A stretch of DNA of 50,051 nt from Bacillota bacterium (GCA_003343765.1 QAKO01000039.1:1-50051), one strand, 5' to 3'. Positions 18,618 through 28,676 are shown, counted from the stretch's first letter. Program-made: numbers and translations. The notes: generated by a model not told the origin, from the letters alone.

Positions 18618-18673
18618 TTGACACGCGTCAATTTCTATATTTGAATGATAGCACACTTTTTAAAACTTGTCAA
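18618..18673 (-). promoter_or_regulatory. Promoter and autoregulatory operator of the LacI-family gene
   Basis: TTGACA(18673-18668)-17-TATCAT(18650-18645); operator TTGACACGCGTCAA at 18618-18631. Confidence 0.8.
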
Positions 18674-18888
18674 TAGGTATTTTGTGAAAAAATAAAAAAA
18701 ATATAAAATCAGCATTTTATCCAACCACAGCATCGGCCGTTGCATGTCCGAACAATAAATAAAAAAATGGTTTTTAAATTTCAGCCCATAAACATTTTTG
18801 CATACATTTCAATTATACCATTCACGCAAAGCGAAAAGCGGATCAATCATTTTATAATTTAATTTTTTATTTATACACTTCCTATAAA

Positions 18889-18918
18889 TTGACAAATAAA
18901 GAAAAAATCTGCTAAAAT
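18889..18918 (+). promoter_or_regulatory. SigA promoter of pduB
   Basis: TTGACA-18-TAAAAT with TG extension. Confidence 0.6.
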
Positions 18919-18946
18919 AACGAAGAATAATTAAGGATGCTCAATT

Positions 18947-19663
18947 ATGGATTTTCGATCAATTTCTACAAAATGCACGCGAACGGAATTTGTCGGTACG
19001 GCGGTACTGGATACAATAGGTCTTGTTATTACCGGAGTTGACGAAAAACTGCTGAAAACTATGGGCGTGGGTGAAAAATACCGCTGTCTGGGCGTTTACA
19101 GTTCCAGAACGGGAGCAGCGGGACAGTTAACGGCTCTGGATGAAGCAGTAAAAACAACCAATACAGAAGTGCTGGCTATAGAATTACCGCGCGATACAAA
19201 AGGCTGGGGCGGTCACGGAAACTATGTAGTGATTGGCGGAAATACCCCCTCCGACGTGCGCAAAGCGATTGAAATCGCATTATCCCTTACAGATAAATAT
19301 GCAGGGGAATTGTATATAAGCCAGGCAGGACACCTGGAATTCACTTATTCTGCTTCCGCGGGGAAAGTTTTGCAAAAAGCATTTTCCGCAAAAGCGAATC
19401 AGGCTTTCGGCTTTTTGGCGGGATCCCCTGCCGCAATCGGGTTGGTCATGGCCGATAATGCAATGAAAGCCGCCGAAATTGAAATCGTACGATATATGAC
19501 TCCTGATAAAGGAACAAGTCATTCCAATGAAGTGATCCTGGCCTTTTCGGGTGATGCCGCTGCGGTAAAAGAAGCTGTACTCGCCGCAAGAAAAACAGGG
19601 CTTGAACTTCTGATCGCTATGGGAAGCTATCCTGAAGTCCCGGGAACATCCTATTTAGATTAA
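18947..19663 (+). CDS. pduB: Bacterial microcompartment tandem-domain shell protein, PduB-like
   Basis: TEFVGTA..DTIGLVI, IELPRDTKG, AGHLE and GTSHSNE match the PduB family; lacks the long-form N-terminal extension. Confidence 0.88.
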   Translation: MDFRSISTKCTRTEFVGTAVLDTIGLVITGVDEKLLKTMGVGEKYRCLGVYSSRTGAAGQLTALDEAVKTTNTEVLAIELPRDTKGWGGHGNYVVIGGNTPSDVRKAIEIALSLTDKYAGELYISQAGHLEFTYSASAGKVLQKAFSAKANQAFGFLAGSPAAIGLVMADNAMKAAEIEIVRYMTPDKGTSHSNEVILAFSGDAAAVKEAVLAARKTGLELLIAMGSYPEVPGTSYLD

Positions 19664-19828
19664 AACAGAGAATCGCGCTTTCTTACTTTGTCCCTCTGCA
19701 TAATTTTTTTAGCGGTCTTCCAAAGCAAACAAAAGGCTACACCTTTCTCTGTATACTGAATTTGCAAGGCTTTTCATTTTGTTTCTTGAAAACCAAATAC
19801 GGCTAAATGGCTGAATATTTTAAATCGC

Positions 19829-19867
19829 CAAAGAGGAGGCGGGCATAGTATGCCCGCCTCCTCTTTG
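19829..19867. terminator. Terminator-like hairpin between pduB and the deacetylase gene
   Basis: Perfect 19-bp inverted repeat caaagaggaggcgggcata-g-tatgcccgcctcctctttg. Confidence 0.75.
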
Positions 19868-20061
19868 CACGGATCCGACTGTTTCATTGCAATATTCAGC
19901 AAATATTTTTCTGTTTCCGTTCTTTAAAAATCATTGCTTTTTAAACTCTTCCGTAAAAGACAGTTCTGTACTCTTTTCTCTTCCATATCTTTTCACGGCA
20001 TTGTTGTGAACCTGAGCTTTGCGAAAAAATCTCAAAAGCCGATTTTGCCGCACGATATCTT

Positions 20062-20748
20062 TCAATTACGGCTGTTTTCCCAAACCTGCATATTCGTCAT
20101 GCTCTGTGCGCCGCTAAGTTCCGATAGCCTTTTGAAAATGTTCTCCGCACGCACCCAGCCGTCATCCAGATCCAGTTCGTAAGAATGCCCCCAAAGATAG
20201 AGCAAACCGTCGCTTTTTTCTTTGGCAAAGCGCTCGATGAGCGTTTCCGTCTTTTCGTCCAGAATGTGCGCCGTGGGATTCCATACCATAAAATCTTCGG
20301 GAAATCCGAAATCATATGTAGAAACGATGGTACGCGCATAGCGGATATCCGTAAATTCGCGGATAGTTTCCGTGACAAGCCTGTCAAAATTCGGATGTCC
20401 GCCGGGATATGCCATGCCGCGCACCGCATACCCCGTCAGTTCGCTCAATCTCACCGAATCGCCGATGACTTCTTCCAAAATGCGGCGCACGGAACATCCC
20501 GTCAGCAACGGGTGCGTGCGCGTATGCACCGCCACTTCAAAACCATCGTACAGCGATGCCAGCTCTTCCGCCGTGATCTTGTTGTGGGAAACTTTCTTTC
20601 CGTCCCCAAAATTAAGCTCTCCCGCCTTGCCGAGAAGTCCCGAATTGACGTTGAACGTGCATTTCAACCCGTATTTTCGTAGCAACTGCACGAGACGCCT
20701 GTCCTGCGTTACACCGTCGTCAAAACTCAGCGTAAAATATTTTCTCAT
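20062..20748 (-). CDS. Polysaccharide deacetylase family protein (CE4/NodB)
   Basis: TLSFDDG, HTRTHP, AYPGG, LWGHSYE. Confidence 0.9.
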   Translation of the reverse strand: MRKYFTLSFDDGVTQDRRLVQLLRKYGLKCTFNVNSGLLGKAGELNFGDGKKVSHNKITAEELASLYDGFEVAVHTRTHPLLTGCSVRRILEEVIGDSVRLSELTGYAVRGMAYPGGHPNFDRLVTETIREFTDIRYARTIVSTYDFGFPEDFMVWNPTAHILDEKTETLIERFAKEKSDGLLYLWGHSYELDLDDGWVRAENIFKRLSELSGAQSMTNMQVWENSRN

Positions 20749-20787
20749 TCAATCTCCCCTATCCTTTCGCAGCTTATCCGAAAAAGT

Positions 20788-21996
20788 TTACATTCTCTTT
20801 GCAACGGCTTTCAGGAACGCGCGCGAATCGAGTTTCTTCGGCGTAATCCCTTCCGCATGGAACAAAGGCACCAGATCGCCCGTCATTTCGCCCTCTTCGA
20901 TCGTGCGTACCGTCGCCCGCTCCAGACGCTGTGCAAATTCCGTAAGTTCCGGGGTATTGTCCAGCTCACCGCGCTTTTTCAGCGCACCCGTCCAGGCAAA
21001 GATCGTCGCCACCGAGTTCGTGGACGTCTCTTCCCCTTTCAGATGTTTATAATAGTGCCGCGTCACCGTGCCGTGCGCCGCTTCAAACTCATAATTCCCG
21101 TCCGGCGAAACCAGCACCGACGTCATCAGCCCCAAAGATCCGTATGCCGTCGCCACCATATCGCTCATCACGTCGCCGTCATAGTTCTTGCACGCCCACA
21201 AAATCCCGCCTTCCGAACGTACCACGCGCGCAACCGCATCGTCGATCAGCGTGTACATATATTCAATGCCCGCCTCGTCGAACTTCGCTTTGTATTCCGT
21301 CTCGAAAATATGCGCGAAAATATCTTTGAAATGATGATCGTATTTTTTAGAAATCGTGTCTTTCGTCGCGAACCACAGCGGCATTTTCACGTCCAGTGCG
21401 TAATTGAAACAGGAACGCGCAAAACTTTCAATAGACTTATCCAGATTATGCACCGACTGCACGATTCCGTCGCTGTTTTTGAAATCCTGCACCAAGAGCT
21501 TTTCCACGACTTTTCCGTCCGCATCTTCTACCACAAGATACGCCTTGTCGCCCTGCTTTACCTGCGTTTCCACGCCCGAATAAACATCGCCGTACGCATG
21601 ACGCGCCAACACGATCGGCTTCTTCCAACCGGGAATGTACGGCGTGATACCCTTCGCCAGAATGGGCGCACGGAATACCGTTCCGTCCAGAATACGGCGG
21701 ATCGTTCCGTTCGGGCTCTTCCACATCTGCTTGAGCTTGTACTCCTCCACGCGCTGCGCGTTGGGCGTGATCGTCGCACACTTCACCCCGACTTTATATT
21801 TTTTATTCGCATTCGCCGCGTCTACCGTCACCTGATCGTTCGTTTCGTCGCGGTGAACCAGCCCCAGATCGTAATACTCGGTCTTTAAATCCACATACGG
21901 GCAAATCAGATCTTCCTTGATCCACTGCCACAGTACTCGCGTCATCTCGTCCCCGTCCATCTCTACGACAGGATTTTTCATTGCGATCTTTGCCAT
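20788..21996 (-). CDS. icd: NADP-dependent isocitrate dehydrogenase
   Basis: [41 protein letters not shown]. Confidence 0.97.
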   Translation of the reverse strand: MAKIAMKNPVVEMDGDEMTRVLWQWIKEDLICPYVDLKTEYYDLGLVHRDETNDQVTVDAANANKKYKVGVKCATITPNAQRVEEYKLKQMWKSPNGTIRRILDGTVFRAPILAKGITPYIPGWKKPIVLARHAYGDVYSGVETQVKQGDKAYLVVEDADGKVVEKLLVQDFKNSDGIVQSVHNLDKSIESFARSCFNYALDVKMPLWFATKDTISKKYDHHFKDIFAHIFETEYKAKFDEAGIEYMYTLIDDAVARVVRSEGGILWACKNYDGDVMSDMVATAYGSLGLMTSVLVSPDGNYEFEAAHGTVTRHYYKHLKGEETSTNSVATIFAWTGALKKRGELDNTPELTEFAQRLERATVRTIEEGEMTGDLVPLFHAEGITPKKLDSRAFLKAVAKRM

Positions 21997-22262
21997 ATTC
22001 TACAGCTCCTGTTTTACTTTTTTCCCATTTTACCAAAAATCCGAAAAAAAAACAAGCATTTGCCCGCCGCCCTTGTAAGCCCGCAAAAAATATCACAGCC
22101 CCCATTGTTTACCCGTACTTTTGCCCGATTTTCTCCTTTCCCAAAAATTTCGCCCGTTCTTCCTTCATCCCGAAAAAAAGCATTGTTTCCCGTTCACATC
22201 CGTCTCTCATAAACTTTTCGCTTAACTTTATGAAACTTCATCAACCGATTTTTCTAACCATA

Positions 22263-22302
22263 AAAGGTACGCGGGCGCACTGTTTTGCACCCGCGTACCT
22301 TT
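22263..22302 (-). terminator. Terminator downstream of ddl
   Basis: aaaggtacgcggg...cccgcgtaccttt. Confidence 0.7.
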
Positions 22303-22362
22303 CGCCGAATTTTGAAATTCGGCTCATTGCGGCTGCTATGCCCGCAGATTTTATTCTGTCGG

Positions 22363-22448
22363 TTTTTGTACTTTTACCGACTAGGTTCCGTATTTGTAAC
22401 TTTTACCGATCAGGTTCCAATTTTTGTACTTTTACTGACCAAGTTCCG
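22363..22448. repeat. Three imperfect tandem 28-30-bp repeats
   Basis: tttttgtacttttaccgactaggttccg / tatttgtaacttttaccgatcaggttccaa / tttttgtacttttactgaccaagttccg. Confidence 0.75.
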
Positions 22449-22482
22449 TTTTTATCTCTTTTGTGAGAGTTTTAAGCCATTC

Positions 22483-23610
22483 TCATGCTCTGCGTTTGGA
22501 GGCTGCGCGAACGCCGCTCAAAACGCCGCAATTGGAAAGCATTTTTTTCTCCGAACGCGCAACGCTGTCGCAGATACCCTGTTCGATAAAGACGGTGAGA
22601 AGGTGTTTGAAATCGGCAAGATTTTTACAGAAAAGATACCATGCAAGCGACCCCGGAACCGTGTTCATTTCGTTGAAATACACTTCGTTTCCGCTCAAAA
22701 GGAAGTCTGCCCGCACCACCCCGCGAAGATTTAAGCGTCTGTACAGCAATTTTGTATAACCCTGCACAAGATCCGCGCTCGCTTTGGAAATTTTTGCGGG
22801 AAATTCATTGGCATTCTCCTTTCCGCCGCCCAGATATTTATCGCCGAACGTCAAGAATTTGTGCTGCGTTTTCGGCTCTTCACAGGGTGAAACGACGATT
22901 TCGTCGCCGTTTTTATAACACGCACAGTTGATTTCGCGCCGCTCCGCCAGATATTTTTCCGCAATCAGAAGGGTATCGTAAGCAAAACCCGCTTCGATGG
23001 CAAACAGCAGCCGCGCCCGATCTTCCGCCACCGATACACCGATGCTCGAACCCTGCCGCGCAGGCTTGATGATGACGGGATACCCCAATCTTTCTTCGAT
23101 ACAACGGACGCCAAACGCGCCGCGCTTTTTATAATCGTTCTCGCTGATTCGAAAATACGGCAATGTGCGTACCCCCAACGCTTTCGCCGCCAGTTTTGCG
23201 AGCGATTTATCCATAAAAAGCGCCGAAGATGCCATATCGGGAGACGCGTTGGCAATGCCATTAAGATCCAGCATGGCAGACACGGCGCCGTCTTCTCCGC
23301 CCATTCCGTGACAGCAGTTGAGCGCGCAATCGATCTTCGCAATAGGTTTCAGTTTGTTTTTGCGAAGCAGGCACAGTTCCTGCATACAAAAAATGACCCG
23401 ATCCGCCTTTTTCTCCAGATTCCCGCCCCGATAAAAAGAAGTATCCAGCAATTCTTTGCCCGTATACATCGCCCCGTCCTGCGCTATGTAAACAGGATAA
23501 ACGTCGTACCGCTCCGTATCCAGAAGATTCGCAGCCATCGTGCCCGTAATGATCGAAATCTCGTTTTCGCATGACTTTCCGCCAAACAGGACTGCCACAT
23601 TTTTGCGCAT
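22483..23610 (-). CDS. ddl: D-alanine--D-alanine ligase
   Basis: GGKSCENEIS, HGMGGEDG, GSSIG, NEMNTVPG; RBS supports ATG 23610. Confidence 0.93.
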   Translation of the reverse strand: MRKNVAVLFGGKSCENEISIITGTMAANLLDTERYDVYPVYIAQDGAMYTGKELLDTSFYRGGNLEKKADRVIFCMQELCLLRKNKLKPIAKIDCALNCCHGMGGEDGAVSAMLDLNGIANASPDMASSALFMDKSLAKLAAKALGVRTLPYFRISENDYKKRGAFGVRCIEERLGYPVIIKPARQGSSIGVSVAEDRARLLFAIEAGFAYDTLLIAEKYLAERREINCACYKNGDEIVVSPCEEPKTQHKFLTFGDKYLGGGKENANEFPAKISKASADLVQGYTKLLYRRLNLRGVVRADFLLSGNEVYFNEMNTVPGSLAWYLFCKNLADFKHLLTVFIEQGICDSVARSEKKMLSNCGVLSGVRAASKRRA

Positions 23611-23734
23611 AAAAAAACACCTCCGCAAAAAAATTTTTCGCTTTGGTGTTTTTGTTTTTCCGTTTTTGCGCCCTGTGAAACTTCGCGGTTTTTCAAAAAA
23701 GAATCGATACGTCTTTCATTTTTTATCCGAAATC

Positions 23735-25354
23735 CTAATTGTAGATATCCGGAAGATCGTTCAAAAACAATACGGTATCACCCTCTTTGAGTTCCGTTTC
23801 CAAAAGCTCCTGCGCTTTTTCCAGCGAAGGCACAACCGTCAGTTTCTGCGCGTCGCCGCCCGCTTCCAAATAACCGTTCTTCACCGCCGTAACCAGCGTC
23901 GCGCCGACCAGGATCACCCGATCCACTCCGACCAGACGCGCACCCAGCGCTTTGTTTTCTTTCTCTTCCAGTATTCCCAGTTCTACAAGCCCGGGTGTTA
24001 CAACGATCTTTCGCCCCTCAAACAGGCGCAATACGTCCAGCGCCGCCGCTGCTCCGCGAATGTTGGCGTTGTACGCATCGTCCAGAATGGTAACGCCCAG
24101 CCTTTCCACCGGCTGCAGACGGTGCGGAATATAATCGAGTTTGGCGATCCCTTCCGCGATCTCTTCCTTCGAAAGTCCCAGCTTGAACGCCATCGCCGCC
24201 GCAAGCGCAATATTCTGCGCATTGTGCGCGCCTAAAAGTTTTGAAGTACATTCGACCTGCAAAATGCCCAGCGCCAGTTTGAACGTAATGCCTTGCGGTG
24301 TGCATTTGACGCCGATCGCCGCACATTCGCCGTGTTCTCCCACGGGTACTTTGATCAGTTTCTCGGTGCGGCCGAACAGTTTTTCCGTATTTTCATCCAT
24401 GCCGATGACGGCAAAACCGCCTTCGCGCGTGCCGTCCAGGATCTCACCTTTGGCGCGGATAATGTTCGCAAGACTTCCGAACGTCTCCAGATGCTGTTCG
24501 CAGATCCCTGTCAGGATACAATGATCGGGCTTCACCAGACTGCAAAGCTCGGCGATGTCGCCTTCGTGCCGTGCGCCCATTTCCGCCAAAAAGAAATCAT
24601 AAGAATCCAAATCTTCCTTTTCCACCGCTTTCGCAATGCCGAGCGGCGTATTGTAAGACGCGGGCGTAGCCAAAACCTTATAACGTACCGACAAAATCTG
24701 CGCCAGAAAATTTTTGACGCTCGTTTTTCCGAAGCTGCCGGTGATCCCGATCTTCACACAGCGGCAGGAATCGAGTTTTTGCCGCGCCGCCGTCAGATAT
24801 TTTTTATTTTTTGCGTGCGAAAACGGCTTTTCCAGAACATTGGCAAAACGAATCAGCTGCGGCATCAGAAGCGGAACGACTGCCAAAAGAATATAGCGAA
24901 GATTCGTAACGATACCGATCTGTGCAAAGTACGACGCCGCATTTCCGATCAGCACGAGCGCAAAACATACCACCGCAAGAACCACAATGTTCAGGACGTA
25001 AATACGGTTGGCGCGTGCCGTGGAAGAAAGCGGCACTTTCAGAGCTTTTTTATCCGCCGTGCAATACAATCCCACGAACAGCGGAACGGGAAGCAGGGCT
25101 ATGTACGCCGCCCAGATTCCCGCAAACGAAAAACAAAGCCCCAGTACCAGCATTGCCAGGGCGATAAGAAAAGCCAGCAGCGTAAAACGCGAGCGAGCCA
25201 TGTTGCCCTTGCGCCTGAGCCATGCGGCATACATTTTTCCGTCATACCCCGCCTGTTGCAGAGCGCCCAGCACGTTGAATGCGCACATTCCGTATAAAAG
25301 TGCCGCCGCCAGCGCTATGACGATGTATTCGGCGATCGCAGTGGTTGTAAACAT
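23735..25354 (-). CDS. murF: MurF ligase with a multi-TM N-terminal extension
   Basis: GITGSFGKTS, SYNTPLG, AEMGA, DDAYNAN; next to ddl. Confidence 0.88.
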   Translation of the reverse strand: MFTTTAIAEYIVIALAAALLYGMCAFNVLGALQQAGYDGKMYAAWLRRKGNMARSRFTLLAFLIALAMLVLGLCFSFAGIWAAYIALLPVPLFVGLYCTADKKALKVPLSSTARANRIYVLNIVVLAVVCFALVLIGNAASYFAQIGIVTNLRYILLAVVPLLMPQLIRFANVLEKPFSHAKNKKYLTAARQKLDSCRCVKIGITGSFGKTSVKNFLAQILSVRYKVLATPASYNTPLGIAKAVEKEDLDSYDFFLAEMGARHEGDIAELCSLVKPDHCILTGICEQHLETFGSLANIIRAKGEILDGTREGGFAVIGMDENTEKLFGRTEKLIKVPVGEHGECAAIGVKCTPQGITFKLALGILQVECTSKLLGAHNAQNIALAAAMAFKLGLSKEEIAEGIAKLDYIPHRLQPVERLGVTILDDAYNANIRGAAAALDVLRLFEGRKIVVTPGLVELGILEEKENKALGARLVGVDRVILVGATLVTAVKNGYLEAGGDAQKLTVVPSLEKAQELLETELKEGDTVLFLNDLPDIYN

Positions 25355-25377
25355 ATCTTTTCCTCTTACGATGATTT

Positions 25378-26091
25378 TCAGCGGAAAAATTCCCGCGCGA
25401 TGGCGTTGAATTTTGCCGGATTTTCACAAAAACAAAAATGCGTACATCCTTCCATGTACACGAGTCCCGATCCGCGCGTGAGCCGATGCAGGCGTTCCGC
25501 CATGTACGGCGGCGTTGCCGTGTCTTTCTCTCCGAACACATACAGCACCGGAATGCGGATCTTTTGCGCACATGGCGCAAGATCTTCGTTCACGATTTTT
25601 TTGAAGCTTTCGCGCATCACGGGCGAGAGAGTACGGTATTCGTCCGAACCGAACTTCCGCTCCGCGAATTTCGGCGCGATTTTCCGCATAACGCGGTAGC
25701 TTTTTACGCGCAGAGCGTACCTGATCCCCCGCCGCGGCAAAAGCCCGGCGCAACCGGTCAGCAACGCTCGCTGAAAGGGAGGATCCGGCTTTGAGAGAAG
25801 TTTCAAAGCGACCCTGCCCCCGAAAGAATGTGCGATCAGGTACGCATCGCGAATGCCGAGTTTCTTTAAAAGCTCCGACGTATGCTCCGCATAATCGCCC
25901 ACCGACCACGCCTGCGAAAGAGGTTCGCTCTTGCCCATGCCCCAGAAATCGAAGGCGGTCACGCGGTAAAATTTTTTCAAACAGTTTATCTGATGGTAAA
26001 AGCTTTCCTTGCAGGATAAATATCCGTGCAGGAATACAAGGTCTTTGCCCGCGCCTTCGCGGAGCAAGGACACTCCCGCCGCTACCGACAA
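25378..26091 (-). CDS. Alpha/beta hydrolase
   Basis: FLHGY, AHSFGG nucleophile elbow, GEKD, TH. Confidence 0.9.
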   Translation of the reverse strand: MSVAAGVSLLREGAGKDLVFLHGYLSCKESFYHQINCLKKFYRVTAFDFWGMGKSEPLSQAWSVGDYAEHTSELLKKLGIRDAYLIAHSFGGRVALKLLSKPDPPFQRALLTGCAGLLPRRGIRYALRVKSYRVMRKIAPKFAERKFGSDEYRTLSPVMRESFKKIVNEDLAPCAQKIRIPVLYVFGEKDTATPPYMAERLHRLTRGSGLVYMEGCTHFCFCENPAKFNAIAREFFR

Positions 26092-26537
26092 ATTGTTTCC
26101 TCCTGACCAAGCTCTTTCATCATGACAAGCGCATCTTCCCCGTCGCCGTAATAGCGCGGCCGCGCATACTTTCCGACAAAACCGTGCTTTATATACAGCG
26201 CCATTGCCGCCGCGTTGGATACGCGCACTTCTAAAAATAAGCGCTTCACTCCCGACTTTGCAGCCAGCGCGGACAAATATTCCAAAATCGCCCCCGCGAT
26301 CCCCTGCCGACGGTATTGGGGCGCAACGGCTATATTCGCAATGTCCGCATCCTCACCCGCCGCTACGACAAAACCGTAGCCCGCGATCTCCCCGTCCTGC
26401 TCCGCACACGCCGTAAACGTGTTTTCGCTCACGAACGAATCCGCAAGCATACGGAAATTCCAGGGATCGGAAAAACATTCCTTTTCCAGTTCCGCAATGC
26501 TCTGAATGTCCGCATACGCCCAGCTGCGCAACTCCAT
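26082..26537 (-). CDS. rimI: RimI-like GNAT acetyltransferase
   Basis: NIAVAPQYRRQGIA, LEVRVSN, RPRYY; follows tsaB. Confidence 0.92.
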   Translation of the reverse strand: MELRSWAYADIQSIAELEKECFSDPWNFRMLADSFVSENTFTACAEQDGEIAGYGFVVAAGEDADIANIAVAPQYRRQGIAGAILEYLSALAAKSGVKRLFLEVRVSNAAAMALYIKHGFVGKYARPRYYGDGEDALVMMKELGQEETICR

Positions 26538-26570
26538 ATTCTTTCTCCTCTTTTCAGCGTTTTCCCGTCG

Positions 26571-27182
26571 CTATCCCTTTTTTGCCAGCCGCTCTTCTTC
26601 CGCCTGGCTCTTTTTCAGATAAAACGCGCCGATCTCTCCGAATTCCTCTTCTTTCGCATTCTCCGCCGCACTTGCAAGCCCCGCCGCAGGATCCGCCTTT
26701 GTATAAGGAACGGGCAGCGGTTCGTACGCATACACGGGATATTCCTTTGCAAGCTCTGAAAGACGCGCCTCGTCGACATAGGAAGGCGGAAAACAAACGC
26801 TTTTATCCTTTTCAAAGCCGCAGACATAATAATTCCCGCGCCCGGCAGGCACCGCCGCCAGCGCTTTGCCTTCTGCATTATATGCAAGCACCTGAAAAGA
26901 AGTTCTGCCCAGCGCCGGCTTTCCCGTGCCTTCGCAGAATCCTTTCACTGCCGAGATCCCGATCCGAATTCCCGTAAACGATCCCGGCCCCGTTACCGCA
27001 CAGAAAAAATCGCACTCTGCAGGCGTCAGCGACACCGCACGCAATGCTTCATCCGCCGCGTCCATCAGCCGCACCGAATGCTGCAATGCACCGTCCGATT
27101 CAAATATCGTCTTACGTACCCCGTTTTTGCAGGCGATCACCGTAAGATATCCGCCCGACGTATCGATCGCAAGATAATTCAT
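26571..27182 (-). CDS. tsaB: t6A biosynthesis protein TsaB
   Basis: LAIDTS, GPGSFTGIRIG; ATGA overlap with the tsaE stop. Confidence 0.95.
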   Translation of the reverse strand: MNYLAIDTSGGYLTVIACKNGVRKTIFESDGALQHSVRLMDAADEALRAVSLTPAECDFFCAVTGPGSFTGIRIGISAVKGFCEGTGKPALGRTSFQVLAYNAEGKALAAVPAGRGNYYVCGFEKDKSVCFPPSYVDEARLSELAKEYPVYAYEPLPVPYTKADPAAGLASAAENAKEEEFGEIGAFYLKKSQAEEERLAKKG

Positions 27183-27574
27183 TCGCACAAGATCTCCCTT
27201 TTATTTCCGTCCAGTTTGCGTATTTCCACCGTCTTACAGTTTTCAGGCAAAACATCTTCAATATTCTGCGGCCACTCGATCACACAGATCCCGTCCGCAT
27301 AAAAATAATCGCAAAGCCCTAAAGCTTCCGCCTGCGCGCCGTCTTTTAAACGATAGCAGTCATAATGATACAACTTCCCGTCATAATCGTTCATGTAGGC
27401 ATACGTAGGGCTCGTGATCTCTTCCGCGATCCCCAGCCCCTGCGCCAGTCCTTTCACGAATACCGTCTTGCCCGCGCCCATTTCTCCGCGCAACAATATG
27501 ACGTCTCCCTTTTTCAGACTCTTCGCATATTCCTTCGCAAACGCCATCGTCTGCTCCGCACTTTCCGTTACCAT
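27179..27574 (-). CDS. tsaE: t6A biosynthesis ATPase TsaE
   Basis: GEMGAGKT, ITSPTY, HYDCYRL, IEW; start uncertain. Confidence 0.95.
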   Translation of the reverse strand: MVTESAEQTMAFAKEYAKSLKKGDVILLRGEMGAGKTVFVKGLAQGLGIAEEITSPTYAYMNDYDGKLYHYDCYRLKDGAQAEALGLCDYFYADGICVIEWPQNIEDVLPENCKTVEIRKLDGNKREILCE

Positions 27575-27676
27575 GTTCACACCCCGCTTTGCATCCTGCC
27601 GTGCGATCCGCGGCACCCCTGCCCCCGTTTCGTAAAATCATCCGCCCGCATTCAAGGGCGTACTGTTTCGCATTAC

Positions 27677-27737
27677 AAAAAGAAGGGACGCTGCTTTACG
27701 TCCCTTCCATTATAATATACAACAAGCAATTTTGCAA
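27677..27737 (-). promoter_or_regulatory. tsaE operon promoter overlapping the ribU terminator
   Basis: TTGCAA(27737-27732)-17-TATAAT(27714-27709); gaagggacg/cgtcccttc hairpin with U-tract. Confidence 0.65.
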
Positions 27738-27823
27738 TTAAAACACCTTTACTTGCCGCAATTTCTGGCTTTCCCCTGAAAATCTTCCGCAAAGGAAAAC
27801 CCGTTCTAAGACATTTTAACCCA

Positions 27824-28564
27824 TTAAAACTTATTCAGAAGCCAGGAAATCCGCTTGTACAGCAAAATCGTAACCAAACTGACCGCTACACCTTTGATAA
27901 GATTGAACAAAAGGACATACCACCAGAGCGATTCAAAAGCCGCCAGCGCACCGTCGCCCATGAACAAGGGGAAATTTATGTACCGATTGGACAAAAGTCC
28001 TGCGGCGATCTGCAAAACACAGCCCATCGCCAGCGTTATCGCTACGGTCGGCAAACCTTTTTTGAAGCGATAGACGAGCGTCGGCACAATAACGAAACTG
28101 AACGTCACGATAAAGTTTGCAATCTCTCCCACGCCGCCCGTGGAAGATTTTAAAAGACACAGACATTCCTTAATGAGACTGATGATGACCGCAGCGACAG
28201 GCCCGTACATAAACCCACCGATCAGCACGAATACGTTTGCAAAATCCAGTTTCAAAAAGGATGCGGGCGGGAAAATCGGGAATTCCAGGAACGTAACCGC
28301 AAACGCCAGCGCAGAAAGCATGGCAAGTTTTGCAATGGTCGATGCCGTAAAATATTTCTTGCGGAAACGCGTCCATTTCTGCGCACGCGAATTTTCCGTA
28401 CCTTCCGCGTTCTGTGCAGCCGAAACTGCCCCGTCCTGCACCTTTCCCTGCACCGTTTGCACGGATTCCTGCACTGCGTCCTGCGAATTCTGCGACGAAA
28501 CATCCTTTTCCCGTGCGTCCGTTTCCGCAGAAACTGCACGGCTTTTGAGAGCCTCTTCCTTCAT
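27824..28564 (-). CDS. ribU: ECF riboflavin transporter S component
   Basis: FLKLDF, GGVGEIANF, FNLIKG; FMN riboswitch upstream; GAGGTG RBS before ATG 28564. Confidence 0.9.
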   Translation of the reverse strand: MKEEALKSRAVSAETDAREKDVSSQNSQDAVQESVQTVQGKVQDGAVSAAQNAEGTENSRAQKWTRFRKKYFTASTIAKLAMLSALAFAVTFLEFPIFPPASFLKLDFANVFVLIGGFMYGPVAAVIISLIKECLCLLKSSTGGVGEIANFIVTFSFVIVPTLVYRFKKGLPTVAITLAMGCVLQIAAGLLSNRYINFPLFMGDGALAAFESLWWYVLLFNLIKGVAVSLVTILLYKRISWLLNKF

Positions 28565-28604
28565 AAAAAAACACCTCGAAAAAATATTTTCAAGGGGCTT
28601 CAAA

Positions 28605-28629
28605 GAAAAAACCCGTTCAGATGAACGGG
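28605..28629 (-). terminator. Riboswitch-controlled terminator
   Basis: cccgttca-tc-tgaacggg plus U-tract between aptamer and start codon. Confidence 0.8.
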
Positions 28630-28676
28630 GCCAAGTTTTTCGATCTGCACGCAAAATGACGGCAGATTTTCGAAAC

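Noticed and set aside
22483..23610. Van-type D-Ala-D-Lac ligase
   Set aside because: Omega loop ends in KY as in D-Ala-D-Ala ligases; housekeeping context with no van genes
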